A program made the translations under genes and the position numbers. 64,000 nt of DNA, taken from NCBI RefSeq assembly GCF_009834535.1, contig NC_045696.1, positions 88,724,001 through 88,788,000 on the forward strand, given 5' to 3'. Position 1 is the first letter of the stretch, and each line of letters begins with the position of its first letter. The notes below the pieces were generated by a model. It ran no database searches. It worked only from the letters and a program-made list of their open reading frames with translations, and was not told where the DNA came from. This DNA is from Camelus ferus (lineage: Eukaryota). Positions 26,289 through 39,464 of the stretch are shown here, one piece after another.

Positions 26289-26879
26289 TAATAACAGCAG
26301 AAACTGGCTGTATAGTACATGGAAACCCTCTGTACTATCTCTGCATCTTTTCTGCAAATCTAAAACTGTTCTTAAACATTTCCTTTTAAAAATATACCAT
26401 TATCTTAATTCTAAGCTACCATCAAATATGAGTGATGTTCAGTACAAATGTATCACCTAAATGGTCATACATTTCGTTTCATGCCACAATATCTCAAGAA
26501 TTATCATAAACTAAATGGTACTAAGAAAAATAATTAAAAGTTAATTATATGAACATATTACTTTAATCACCTCTCATTCGCTAACATAAAAAATTAGTTA
26601 TGTGCATTAGGCTGCACTTTGATTATTTTAATTCCACTTACTTCACTATATTGAGATAAGACTCTCATTCTCATTCTCCCCAAAGAATAATATTATCTGG
26701 GTGCATGCTGAGATTCAACTATCACCACAACCATTCAGCCATAAAAATGAACACATATCATTCATCTTAGGCTTAAAAGAAATTGCTAACTCCCCTCACA
26801 CCAAACTCCAGATGCTGGCCTGTGAGGTCCCTCAGTATCTGGCCCTGTCTGAACATCTCCATCCTTTTCCTGGGGCATA

Positions 26880-27272
26880 ACAAATTCACTGCCACCTTTG
26901 TACTAGCTGGTCCCTCTGCCTGGAATTTTCTTCCTCCAGATCTTAACACAGCTGGCTCCTTTTTGATATTCAGGTCTCAGTAAAACGTCACTTTATCCAA
27001 GAAGACTTTCCTGTCCATCCAATCTAAAGGAGCACTTCTAACACTCTATTTCTATTTCTCCTTGTTTATGTTTTTTATCACATTGCTAATCACCACCTGA
27101 TATTTTTCTATAGTTTATTTGTTCTTTATCTCTTCCTACCTACCTAGAACGCAAATTTCATTAGAACAGGGACCTTGCCTACCTTGTTCACTGCTCTAGT
27201 CCCAGCTCCTAGAACAGTGCCTGGTACAGAGCAGGCTCTCAGTGTATGTTTTCTGAATGAATAAATGAATGA
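26880..27272 (+). mobile_element. L2a 3' end
   Basis: ccctctgcctggaat...cttgttcactgct...cctagaacagtgcctggtaca...tgaatgaataaatgaatga. Confidence 0.85.
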
Positions 27273-27339
27273 AATGGAACTATACTCAAAGAAAATCATG
27301 ATAAGACTAAGTCACAAGCTATCAAGAGAAAGAGGAATA

Positions 27340-27545
27340 AATTTATTAAGAAATTTATTAAATGCTAATTATGCTCCAGGTTCTTCAGATACATTATCTC
27401 ATTAAATAAAACCCTGCAAGGTATATATTATTATCCCTACTTACTATTGATAGATAAAGGCTAGGAGAAGTCTTATAAGCAGTTCAGTGGCAAAAGTGAC
27501 ATGATTTCACATCTGACTGACTCTAAATCTAGTTTCTTTCCACTC
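27340..27545 (-). mobile_element. MIR SINE
   Basis: acattatctcattaaat...attattatccc...tctgactgactctaaa. Confidence 0.6.
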
Positions 27546-28756
27546 CTTTAATGTATAAACTCAACCCAATTCATGTTACAACCCTCTTTGAAAAATGGTC
27601 TCATGACAACTAGGAGTCCAGTAGAATGCTGACTGCAGTGACTGTGACCTTAGCCTGATAAAACTAGATAGAACAGAAGAGAGTAGCACTAATCAAGGTG
27701 GGCACAGTGAATGGAAACATTGTGAGCTAGTGAGATGTTTACAAGTCAAAGACCTCCTGAATCTCTCTACTGGCCAAAACACCAAGTTCAAATTCAACTG
27801 AAATATGACATAAACAAACCACCTAGAGCCTAGAATCCTCTAGGAACACAGTACAACCTAAAAATAACTCTACCAGGTCAGCTTAACCTTGACTAACCTA
27901 ATTCTTAACCATTTCCTTCCCAGGTCAAACATACACACTTTGACTATCATGGATGAGAAAATACGAAAGTTGTTACATATGTAAATCTAAATGCCAACCC
28001 TTAAGTGACCCAGATATGGCTGGTCTCCCCATGGCAGGCTCTGTCATCCCTCAGTGATCTCCCTGCAGCTCGGCTTTGTCACTCTGTTCCATCTCCAAAA
28101 AGAAGATCCAACTGCGCAGAGCATTCACAAGGAATGTAACCCTCAGCAAGATTCCGTGACAGTGAGACATCTTACCCTCAGAGTATTTCCATCACATCAC
28201 TGGCTCTCCCTCGTGTCCCTTCGCTTTCCAAAATCTGTGTTCCCCAATGTGACCCTCTCCACAGTCAGAGCCTCCACCCAAAAAATGATGTTCAACCCCC
28301 CTTCAATGCTTCTCCACCAGGCCAGTTTGCCTTCCCCAATTTACTTCATCTTGTTATGCATTTACATCAACATGTTTGCAAAGAATTGTGTTACATTTTT
28401 ACCCCGAAAATTTCTTTTACATATTACAGTTAAAGGAGCATCCCTATTCTCTAAGGTGCTACAGAAGAATGAGAATATCGGTAAGACTTCAAATGCTAAA
28501 AACGATCATCTGAACTCTCAAAAACAAATCAATGTCAAACATACAAACGTCATGTCATTAATTAGTGTTAGACTACATCAAAACAGGTTAACAACAGTTC
28601 ATATAACTAAGAATTATATCAAGCTCTACCTCACAAAGCACTAGGCCCAGAGAGTTACACAGATGAATTCAACCAAATCTTCGAAGGAATGGGTAATTTC
28701 AATGAAATTTAAATGTTTGGGAGTAAAAGATAGAGAGATTTAAAATTCTTCATATA

Positions 28757-28965
28757 TATAAAATAGATAAACAAGTTTCTACTGTATAGCACAGGGAACT
28801 ATATTCAATATCATGTAGTAACCTATAATGAAAAAGAATATGAAAATGAATATATGTAGGTATATGAATGACTGAACTATTATGCTGTACACCAGAAATT
28901 GACACAACATTGTAAACTGACTATACTTCAATTAAAGAAATTTAAAAATTAAAAAAAGTAAAAAG
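28757..28965 (+). mobile_element. 5'-truncated young L1 3' end
   Basis: tatagcacagggaactatattcaatatc...gctgtacaccagaaattgacaca...A-tail; perfect 15-bp TSD AAAATTCTTCATATA at 28742-28756 and 28966-28980. Confidence 0.9.
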
Positions 28966-30685
28966 AAAATTCTTCATATAATGCCAGAATAACTCTAGTA
29001 CAAATCTTTTTTTAAAAGATAACAACCTATAGAGCCATCAGCTATCATATGATTCATACTGTTATTCAGGAAAAATATCAATGTAGAAATCCTGATGAAA
29101 AATGAGTAAACAGAACCCATCACTACTTTAGAAGTATCATACCTGCATGCACCTGTGAGGTTCATATAGTAAGACAAAGACAGGTCAATATCAGGGATCT
29201 ACCAGTGTAGTTTACCTTATTAGCAGGTCAAAGGAAGGGAAAAATAATAATGCTTATAAATTTGAAAACATGTTTGATAAAATTCAACATAAATTCCTAA
29301 TTTTAAAAGTTCTTAATGGAACAACAAAGTATATATAAGTTCCTTAACAAAATTATATAATATAAGCATGTATGTAGATGTAGGTATATTCCAAAGTCTT
29401 TATCATGATTAATGATAAAATTCCAGCAATGCTACTAAACTCAGCAACAAAACACAGATGTACATTATCACCATTATTATTTAACAAGATTCTAGAAGTC
29501 TAAGTCAATGCAATTAAAACAGAGAAAAAAATGAGGGAGAAACAGCAAAGAAAGAAGAAAAATTATCAGTATTTATAGCTAATATAATTAAATAACAAGA
29601 AGAAGACCTGTGAGAATCAACTAGAAAAAATATTACAAACAGTAAGACAATTCAGTACAGCAGCTTTTCTGTATATAAAGGGGAAAAAAAAAGAAAGTAG
29701 AAAACATTATACCATAAAAGATCTCATCTATGAGCAATCAGCAAACGAAAAAAAATGTAAAAAATCTATATGAAGAATTTTAAGACTCTAAAAAAGCCAT
29801 AATAGAAGTCCCAAATAAATTAAAGACGTATCCTGTTGCTGGGTATTATAAAATTATCGATTTATTTCAATTAAATTGTAATGGTAATGCAATCTCTGTA
29901 AGAATCCCAAAAGAATTTTTGTCGTTGTTGTCTGCAACCAGATAAGCTGATTCTGAAGTTCAGATAGTAAAATGAAACGTGCTAAAATAGCCAGGAAAAT
30001 TCTAGATTTTAAAACATTATAAAGCTATAGCAATTAAAATAATTTGTACTGGGTGCATGAAAAGCAATGAAATAGAAAAAAGTCCTGCTGTAGACCAGTG
30101 TATATAAGAATTTAGTATACAATAAAACTGCACTACAAACAAGCAGAGAAAAAAATGGATTACTCTAGTAGGCTGCAAAATAAAACTGAATTTTTATCTA
30201 CATCACTTCTCATAAGATAATAATTTCTGATTGATCAAATATAAAAATAATGATTCCACAAAAAAACTAAGAGAAAACAATGTATAATTTTTATCTCCTC
30301 TAAATGTGAAATGTGCTAAGTAAAACACAAAATCCCCAAACTATAAAAGAAAATAGCTAAATTTGACAGCAGAATTTTTTTCAATCTGCAAAGAAAAAAG
30401 TGCTGTAAGTCAAAACACAAACAAGATGCAAAAATATATTGGCAGCATATATGACAAAGGGCAGTTTTTCTTATATGGAGAGAATCCCTATAACTTGATC
30501 AGGAAAAGACTAACAATACAGTAGGAAAAAGGCAAAGAACATGGACCAGAAGTTTACAAAATATAAACACTAACAAATGGCTTTTAATTCATAAGATGTT
30601 CAATTTTAGTCATAGTTTAAGAACTGAAAATTAAAATGAGATATCATTTTCATCTATCCAACAGGCAAAGGTCAAAAAGGTTTTA

Positions 30686-30862
30686 TGGGGGGGGGATTGT
30701 TTTTATTGAAGTATAGTCAGTTACAATGTATTGATTTCTAGTGTACAGCATAATGTCCCATACTGTCCCAGTCATGCATATACGTACATATATTTATTTT
30801 CATATTCTTTTTCATTAAAGGTTATTACAAGATATTGAATATAGCTCCCTGTGCTATACAGA
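30686..30862 (-). mobile_element. 5'-truncated young L1 3' end
   Basis: Reverse complement of the same L1 tail; imperfect TSD aaaggtcaaaa(ag)gtttta near 30667 and 30863. Confidence 0.85.
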
Positions 30863-31410
30863 AAAGGTCAAAAGTTTTAAAATACGACGTTCTGGTAAGA
30901 ATGTGGGGATTTAGGAAATCTTACCCAACACTAATGGGGCGTATGTACTAGTTAACACCCACGGAGCTCCTTGTGACAATATCTGTCAAAGTTAGAACTC
31001 TATACTCTTTGACCTAGACTTCACTTCTAGGAATGTACCCTAAAGATATACATGGGAGAAGTATCTTCAAACAAACAAATTCAGTGTAGCACAGCTGATT
31101 AAAGTAAAAACCTGGAGAAATTTTAAATCTCCATCAGCAAGGGATGATTAAATAATGAACAACAACCGTTCACCCATACAATGAAATACTGAGCAGACAG
31201 TTTTTTTAAAAAAGCACTAGATCTGAAAAAGTACAAGGAACAGAAGAGTGTACAGGACACACTCCCATGTGTATGAAAAGGAGACCAGAATCACATAGAT
31301 ATGTTTGTACATGCTTAAAATATTACTCAAAAGATGCAAGAGGAAACTGGTAATGATAATTACTTCTGGGAAAGAGGTTGAGAGATCTGGGTAGAAGGGA
31401 TTGTAATTTT

Positions 31411-31920
31411 CCTTCCTAATTTATCCCTCCCCCAACCCCTTTCCCTTTTGGTAATCAGAGTTTGTTTTCTATGTCCATGAGTCTATTTGGGGCTTATAAA
31501 TAAGTTCATTTGTATTGGGTTTTTTTTTTATTTTGTTTTGTTTTGGTTTTAGATTCCACATATAAATGACATCATATGATATTTGTCTTTCTCTATCTGA
31601 CTTACTTCATTTAATGTGATAATGTCTACGTCCATCCATATTGCTGCAAATCACATTATTTCATTATTTTTTATGGCCAAGTAATATGCCATTGTTTATA
31701 GTACTATTCCACATCTTCTTTATCTAGTCATCTGTCAATGGACATTTAGGTTATTTCCATGTCAAGGAACCTCCACACCACTTTTCATCGTGGCTGCACC
31801 AATTTACATTCCCACCAACAAGGCAGAAGGGTTCTCTTTTCTTCACACCCTCTCCAGCATTTATTATTTGTAGACTTTTTAATGATGGCCATCCTGACAG
31901 GTATGAGGTGATAACTCATT
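31411..31920 (-). mobile_element. L1 ORF2 end / 3' UTR fragment with an internal deletion
   Basis: agattccacatataaatga...tgacttacttca...ggctgcaccaatttacattcccaccaaca...tgaggtgataactcatt. Confidence 0.85.
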
Positions 31921-33170
31921 CGGAAATTTAATTTTGCATTAAACATATTTTTATACTGTTTGAATGTTTTAGTTTGGGCATTTTTACATTATAAAAAGAA
32001 TAATATAACTTTCATTTTACATTCAGACTTACAGTACTACAAATCACCAATTTTTCTTTAAAACAAATTTTTTTCTTTTTAATAAAATATCCATTTACTA
32101 TTTCTTATACAAAGCTTAGAATTATATAGAACATTCAAAAAACCAGAAAGCGAACTTTTAAAATTCTTTCCTCTAAAGATGTGGATACTTAGATACTTAA
32201 GCACAATCCTAACGATTTAACCACTGGCTTTGAACACCGAGCACACTGGTTAACAAGGTGGAAACAAATACTTCATAAATGCTTACTAGATGAGACAAAG
32301 AAAAAATGAATTGGGTGAAACAAAATATACCCCCCAAAACTGGCCTTCAAACATGAGAAACAACTTCCTGTTTAAGACAGAGGTTTAGAAAGTTTCCAGC
32401 CACCCTCAGAACAACCACAGAGCCAGACATACTGGTCAGAGTGGTTTCTTGATAATGTACCTTCTCCAAAACAATCACCACTTTTGTTTTTCCAATCCTA
32501 GCCTGTCGATCAGCATAACTTTTCTTCAACCTCCCAGTTCTTCCCTTAAGCAAGGTTTACCTGGAACAAATTAAAGAAGTACTCTCTTTTCACCTAACCC
32601 AACTGACCAATGATCTCTCCAAAATTCAGTGCTTACCACATAGTAGGAGCATAAATAAGGATTTGCTGGGATAAATTAATGTTGAAGAGGGTGATTCTTT
32701 TATACAAGGAAGTGAATTTGCCTTTGGGTGAGACAGCATGTTGGGGGAAAAAAGAAGACAATGTTTTAAAATACTGTTTAATAAGTATTAAGTCCAATTT
32801 TTTGTGAACTGTTGAAACATAAGCTTCAAAGCCTACAAACTCTCCACTGTTTTACTGGGAAAACAAAGTGTGTGTAACCGGACCTCATTTTACACTGTGT
32901 GGAGTTGTTTGTTTTTTCCATTTTCTCTTTCAATAGTGGGTCCTAGCTAATACCCATTAAGAGGCTCCAGACTTTTCTGCAAGATACTCTTTATTTCTGA
33001 TTAACTGTTCATACAGTAGAATTATTGGCCCTTTACAACTTTCTCTAGTATGTTATCAACATCAAGTTACATTCCAATAGTCACACCACTCCAATAAATG
33101 ATACTATATGTGAATGAAACAGTATGGCAGATGAGACAGTATCAAACCATTTTAAAAATACAGTGAAGAC

Positions 33171-33305
33171 GGTGAAAAAGAATGCGACAATGAATATATG
33201 TATGTTCATGTATGACTGAAAAATTGTGCTCTACACTGGAAATTGACACAATACTGTATACTGACTATAACTCAATAAAATAAAACTTAAAAAAAAGAAA
33301 AAAAA
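33171..33305 (+). mobile_element. Young L1 3' end
   Basis: gaatatatgtatgttcatgtatgactgaaaaattgtgctctacac...A-tail; no TSD found. Confidence 0.85.
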
Positions 33306-34673
33306 GTCTCAGAGAGCCAAAATATTGGGTATTGCATTTTGATTAAGGTAGTGAAATCACTTAGGTTCTGTAAATGTTAGTTTCCAAGTTGCTTTGAGGG
33401 CCCCAGATCTCTGGCAGTAATATTAATAACAATTTGCACCATAGCCTCAACTTGTTTTTGAGATAGCACAAATCTTTCAATCAATCTGAGTGAAAAATAC
33501 TCCAAAAAAGTAATTGTGTTTATTTGATACACGTGAAAAATAATCAAATTTAGTACCAATGTGTACATTCCTAACTTGCTGGCTGGAGATCATTTAGGAG
33601 CTGAGTATGTCAAAGCCACAGAGAACTTGTGTGTTAGATCTCCTTCAGTTAGTAAACTTTACTGTGTCCCATGTATGTTTGTTAAAAAAATAAAACTAAA
33701 AGCCTTTGTATTAAAAGAAAAAAATACAGTAAAGATACAGATATACATAGAATGAAAACATTGCAAGTTCAAAGATGCTAAATCCATTATTAGATAGTTG
33801 CTCAGGCAATAGCTGAATCCAGCTTGTTTAAGTAGAAGTTCACATACATTATATTTCGTCCTAGATACTTCTGACCTAAAATAAGTGTAGGATTCTCTTC
33901 CAAATCCATTTTTTGATACTTAAAAAAGCTTACTGCTAGAGCCATCTCTTTACCTGTAAGACATTTCTTTGGTCTGACACAGGATTTCCAAAAATGAAGT
34001 TCTAAAATCAAGCATTCCTACATAATTACAAGGAGACTTCAGCAAACTCCAGGAGACAGTGTGCAACACTAGGATTCAAGGGTGAAAAAGGAAATGACAG
34101 AGAAACACTCACAGTGAACAATGTAAAAGGTTTTTTTTTTTTTAAGAGCGAAAAAGGAGAGACATTTAATACCAGGGTGGGGTGGGGGAGTCCCTTTTTC
34201 TAGTGAATCCAGTCAACCACTGAATTTTGACACCTCCACTGTTTAATTTCTATACATAGTATATGATAAACATCATTCTCTTCCTGAGAATTACTAAAAA
34301 GTGTTCATCACCATGATGAAATATTTGTGCCTGAAGAGATGTAGATGAGACTTTGGAAATCATTTGGTCCTGCAGCCGTTGGATAAAAGCTGCTCTGAGG
34401 GAGAGGAGGTCTCTTTAAGAGTTCTGGACTCATGCAGCCATCTTTGATGATAAACAGACCTCACTTTGGAAGTATGTACACTTCCATAGTTGCTCAGAAG
34501 TTCCACTTGACCATGAACAAGCCAAAGTAATTTTTAAGAAAGATTACTTAAGAGTTTTTTGAAAGGAAAGTTTTAAACCTTCCAGAAACATTAAAATAGT
34601 GTTAAGTTATAGAACAACACAGTTCAATAAGCAATTACACTTCCACAGTATATTTAAAAATTAAGTAAAAATT

Positions 34674-34890
34674 GAAATATAATCAGTAATTCTGTAATAA
34701 CCTTGTATGGGGACAGATGGCTACTAGACTTATCATAGTGATCATTTCATAATATATGCAAATGGAAAATCACTATGTAGTAAACCTGAAACTAACATAA
34801 CATTGTACATCAACTGTATTTCAACTTTTTTAAATGTTAAAAAAAATCTTTGAAAATAAACATTTTTAATGTTGAAAAGCAAAAAAAAAA
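34674..34890 (+). mobile_element. L1 3' end of a different L1 lineage
   Basis: ttgtatggggacagatggctactagacttat...cctgaaactaacata...A-tail; perfect 18-bp TSD AAAAATTAAGTAAAAATT at 34656-34673 and 34891-34908. Confidence 0.88.
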
Positions 34891-35574
34891 AAAAATTAAG
34901 TAAAAATTAAGCAGGTTATACGATTAAACATAAAAATACTTGAAGCATAAAGTGAGAGATAGGATTAACTCTCTTTTTTCAGTTTACAACTCTTCTAAGC
35001 TTACACATTTAAAAAATGTCTTTAACTAACATATATTACTTTTAAAATAATAAAAATACAGATTCAAAAAATTTTTCATCGAAAGGAGATATTCAAAATA
35101 GGTTAATCACCTTCATTTAGAAACAATCAATTCCAGGCCTTCAGAAATCAACTAAGAGTAAATACAAATACATTTTATGCATTTTTTTTTTTAAAGTTAA
35201 AGAAACAAACCTAAACCTTTCCACAGAGGCCAGAAGAACTGAGTTCTCAATCCATTCAACTTCGGCAGATTATCAGAAATCTTCACCATACTCAGTTAGT
35301 TTTGTAGGAACGACACCGTTGTTCATCTGCACTGACATTTTCATAAGTGATTGTGACTAACACACTATCGTTTTATGTCCTACAACAGTGTCAGTCAACA
35401 TGGTGTTGGTGGTAGTGCTGGAAAATGCACCCCCGAATCAACTTTAGAATAGAAGTTAGAAGGGGCAAACCTCTACATGAAAGGTCACACAACCAACATG
35501 ACATCCTGTAGAAGAAAGACTTCAATGAAATAAAGATAGTAATGAAAATAATATTTATTTGGCAAAACTAAATA

Positions 35575-35750
35575 AACTGAATGGGGCTGCTAATGGCCAC
35601 AGGATTTCTTTTTGGGGTAAAGAAAATTCTCTGGAGTTAGATAGTGGTGATGGTTGCACTGCTTTATGAATATACTAAAAACCACCCAACTGTACAATTT
35701 AAAGGGGTGAATTTTGTGGTATGTGAATTATAGCTCAATTAAAAAAGACT
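35575..35750 (+). mobile_element. L1MB-type 3' end
   Basis: tttcttttggggt...tagatagtggtgatggttgcac...gtgaattttgtggtatgtgaattata. Confidence 0.8.
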
Positions 35751-36569
35751 AAATAAATAAATCTCAAGAAATAAAAGTATTGGTCAAAAATGAGAAATAA
35801 CATTATGAAATGCATATAAACTATGTTAGCAGAGCCATTAGCTGGGCCCAGGAACTTAAACAAAACACTCCAGGCAAGGCTAACATACTGGTGTTTTCAG
35901 AGTTAATGTGTTCTGTCCTTTGATTTCAAAAAGAAGATATATAAAGAGCCTCAAACTAAACCCCTCAGTTTTTAATTCTTCTTCCAAGAAGCTGCCTTCT
36001 GAAAAAATTACCATGGGTTTTCTAAATATGTCCAGACAAAAGCAGGGTAAACACACTGCAGTCCATTACCTCCAGAAGTGGCCAGTCCTTTGGCCTAATC
36101 ACCTCAGCGATGGCAGATGAGGGCCTACAAATGCAGCCTTCCTCCACCACAGGATTTCTTTCATGTTCCCTGAGCTCTTTTGAATGTGGAATGCTTTTAG
36201 AGGGGACATCTAAGAGGTCTGTGTGGCCAAGCCATTTTCCTTTTCTTTTAGTACAATGAACTATTTTTTGGTTTCAACGGACTTTTACAGTACAGGCAAA
36301 TAAAAGCAAAGAACACATCACCTAGTTGCAGAGAAAGAGCTACAAGGTCACTCAGCCTATCCGTGTCCAAATATAACAACCTGCAGGACTGAAATCCCTG
36401 CCCAGGAGATGTGCTTTTTAAAGTAAAAGAAAACAAAAGCATGTAATAAAGCCATCCTTAAGGCTCTAACTGTCCTTCATACCTATTAAGAGTTTATATA
36501 AAGCCATAAGTAGCTTTGAATGTCACTAAAGGGAAAACAAATTTTTTTTTTTACTAAAAACTAAAGGGT

Positions 36570-36745
36570 AATGGCCAGGAGGAAGCATGGGGAGGGCACA
36601 GATAATATTTTGTTTCTTGAGTTAAGTGTTGATTGCATAAGCATGTCCAGTTTGTGAAAATTCATCAAGCTATAGAATTATGATGTGCACTCTTTTGAAC
36701 ATGTGTAGGTCCGTTAAAAGTTACAAATAAAAATAAAATTAGAAA
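36570..36745 (+). mobile_element. L1MC/ME-type 3' end
   Basis: tgtttcttga...cagtttgtgaaaattcatcaagct...tatgatgtgcact. Confidence 0.7.
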
Positions 36746-37624
36746 AAGAGAAATCAAGTTGCTGAATGAATAGTGAAGACTTCATTTCTTAACTGAACTC
36801 AGACATAAAAGGTTAAGACTAACAATGAAGCTGATGATGATGGTGACATTAGCTAACTTTTTAGTAAAGCACTACAATGCCAGGCACTGTGCCAAACCCT
36901 TTACAAACACTATCTTACAATGAGATCACGTATTCTTGCATTTCAAGAAAGGGCTGCACCACGTGTGACCTATAAATACGTCTGTCTAAAACCCAACACC
37001 CAGCAGCAACTGGTACAACCCAATATTTGGTTCCACAGTAAGTTGCCTTTGAGTGAGTCTAAATCCCCTATGCAGTCAAGAAGCACAGGACCCCTTCACC
37101 CACCCTGATACCCACCCATACTCCAAGGATCAACATGGAGTTTGAAAAGAAACTTTCCCTGCTATTTCTCCACTTCCTCTCCACCAAGTGTATCTTTGTG
37201 AAAGTTGGACTAGAAAAACAACTATTTCCAACCCAAACCTCCCTCATCATTCCATGCATCCAGGTGGCTCTCATAATTCCACAGAATTCTGGCCTTTTAT
37301 AATTCCTCAGAAGTCTGGCTACGCCTGTAATTCTTTAAGCATGTTTTTGAATAAGGTTCCAAAGGAGTCTGCCAGATACAAGTAGGAGGCAAAAAAATGA
37401 TCAGTTTCCTTTCTGCATCCTGAAGACTTCTTAAGCTCAAACCCCCACTCATTTAATTAACTTCAGGGGCTAATGACATTTTGTAATAATGGCATTATAT
37501 TATAATATATGGTCTACTACTAAAAGTTAAATGTTTATAAAGCATTTAACAGCACCTTCTATTTGCTAGACACTACAGGGTTCTTTACATCCTATTTGTC
37601 AAATTAATCCCCAAAATAGCCAAT

Positions 37625-38105
37625 ATTTACTGAGTGCCTACTATGTGCCTGGCACCACTTAAAGTGCTTTACATGTATTAATTCATTTATAATGTCATAA
37701 CAGTCCTAGGAGGTAAATATTATTATATTTCTTCTCATTTTTCTTTTTTTTTTTTTAATTTGAAGTATTTTATTTATTTATTCATTTATTTTTCTGTATT
37801 CAGATTTTTTTAATTGTACAGTTGATTTACAATGTTGTGTTAGTTTTAGTTGTACAGCAAAATGATTGAATTATACATATACATATATATATTCTTTTTC
37901 AAATTCTTTTCCATTATAGGTTATTACAAGATATTTAATATAGTTCCCTGTGCTATATAGTAGGTCCTCTTCTCATTTTTCAAGGGAAGAAACTGAGGCC
38001 TAGAAAGGTTGAGAAACTCACCAAAGGGCATAAGAAGTAGCAGAGTGAAGATTTGAAGGCAGGCAATTAAGTGTGAGAATTCACAGCCTTAACCACTGCA
38101 CCCCA
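37625..38105 (-). mobile_element. MIR SINE split by an L1 insertion
   Basis: atttactgagtgcctactatgtgcctggcac... on the left resumes as gaaactgaggcctagaaaggtt...cttaaccact on the right. Confidence 0.8.
37744..37967 (-). mobile_element. L1 3' end inserted in the MIR
   Basis: T-rich tail then gttgatttacaatgttgtgttagtt...atagttccctgtgctata; perfect 14-bp TSD TCTTCTCATTTTTC at 37730-37743 and 37968-37981. Confidence 0.9.
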
Positions 38106-38773
38106 CTGCCCCTCACCACAGAGAGAAGCACATATTATCCCCCTAGCAGAGAAGACAATACCGAGTTCAGAGGATACAGTTTACTTGCCCAAGGTCAGAC
38201 AGCTAGTAATGGGTGGGCTGGCAATCAAATCTGCGTCTACAGGATGTCAACATCCATCCTATTTCTAGTCTCCCAGCCTGGAGGAGCGAGTGATAAAGCA
38301 GAGCTGACCCCTAGCTTCTCCACAGTGAGCGAGAATGGAAGGGAAGCCATCTAAGGGACCTTCCCCCAAAACCACTGCTTTCTTCCTCTAAGCTTCAAAC
38401 TTTTTGTATAGTAATGTTTGCTTTTTTCAGAGTTTATATAGTTTTTCTACAGCAGAGAGGGCAAAGAAAAGAGAACACAATAACAGGAACACGTGAGCTG
38501 TAAGTGACTGCAATACAAAATACAACCAGGGAAAGCATTTTTAGACTGCTCACTGCAGAAATTTATTGTAAGCAAACCAACTAAGCCCTCTTATTGTGGG
38601 TTATACACAAAAAAAGAAAAAAGAAACTTTTTTTTCATACTTATTCTTTTACCAAGTATAGTCTTCACTGTGTTATCCAAGTGCTTTGGATGTGTTTGAG
38701 ACAGTTTCTAAGCCCAAAGCCTTTAAAGTTCTCAAGACAGGTTTTCTGCAAAGTCTGGTTCCCAAGCATAGGG

Positions 38774-39131
38774 CAAGGTTTCTCTGCTTTGTCACTATTA
38801 AGATTCTGGGCTGGAAAATTGTTTGTAGTGTGGGGCTGTCCTATACATTATAGGACGTTTAGCAGCATCCCTGGTCTCTACCCACTGGATGCCAGTAGTA
38901 CAACTTTCTCCCATGCCCTCTGCAGTTGGGATCAGTATGTCTCCAACATTGCCAGAAGTCCCCCAGGAGACAAAAACACCCCGTGTTGAGAGGGGGAAGA
39001 TATAGCTCAGTGGCAGAGTGTGTGCTTAGTATGCATGAGATCCTGGGTTCAATCCCCTGTACTTTCGTTAAATAAATCTAATTCCCTACCCCCCAACAAA
39101 ACAAAACAAAACCCCATGTTGAAAATCACTG
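38774..39131. mobile_element. MER20 MITE, interrupted near one end by a SINE
   Basis: ggggctgtcct..cattataggacgtttagcagcatccctggtctctacccactggatgccagtag; terminal gttgaaaatcactg. Confidence 0.88.
38991..39107 (+). mobile_element. tRNA-Ala-derived SINE (Vic-1-type)
   Basis: A box tagctcagtgg, B box ggttcaatcc, tail aaataaatctaattccctacccccc(aaaac)n; TSD accccgtgttga / accccatgttga. Confidence 0.9.
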
Positions 39132-39464
39132 GGACAGGTCTGCAGTTCTAGTTACTCAAGTTATTCTTACTTTTGGCCCCCTCTCACTTCTTATTTTATC
39201 CACATTATTCTAACCTGTACCTGTTGCTTATAAACATTCTTTTTTTCACATTCAGACAGGGACCGTGTTTATATTTGTATATCTCCCAAAGTCACAAATA
39301 ATTCATTCTGTCTAAAGGGCACAACAAAATGTCAAGACACCCAGGCACTTTTTTAAAAAACAGTAACTCTGAATAAAGAGTATACAGGAGTTCCTTGTCT
39401 TAGACTCGCAACTTTTCTGTAAGTTTGAAATTATATCAATATAAAAAATTACAAAAACATTACT

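Larger units (their letters stand above)
28640..32010 (+). mobile_element. Ancient L1 (L1M/L1ME) ORF2 and 3' UTR remnant, interrupted by three younger L1 pieces
   Basis: Decayed RT-domain sequence (ggcccaga...gaattcaaccaaa ~ GPDG..EF.Q; tttgataaaattcaacat = FDKIQH; tatttaacaagattctagaagt ~ LFNIVLEV) running through to 3' UTR motifs. Confidence 0.8.

Noticed and set aside
28054..28644. 196-aa ORF
   Set aside because: GTG start, no recognisable domain, antisense within an intron; consistent with chance.
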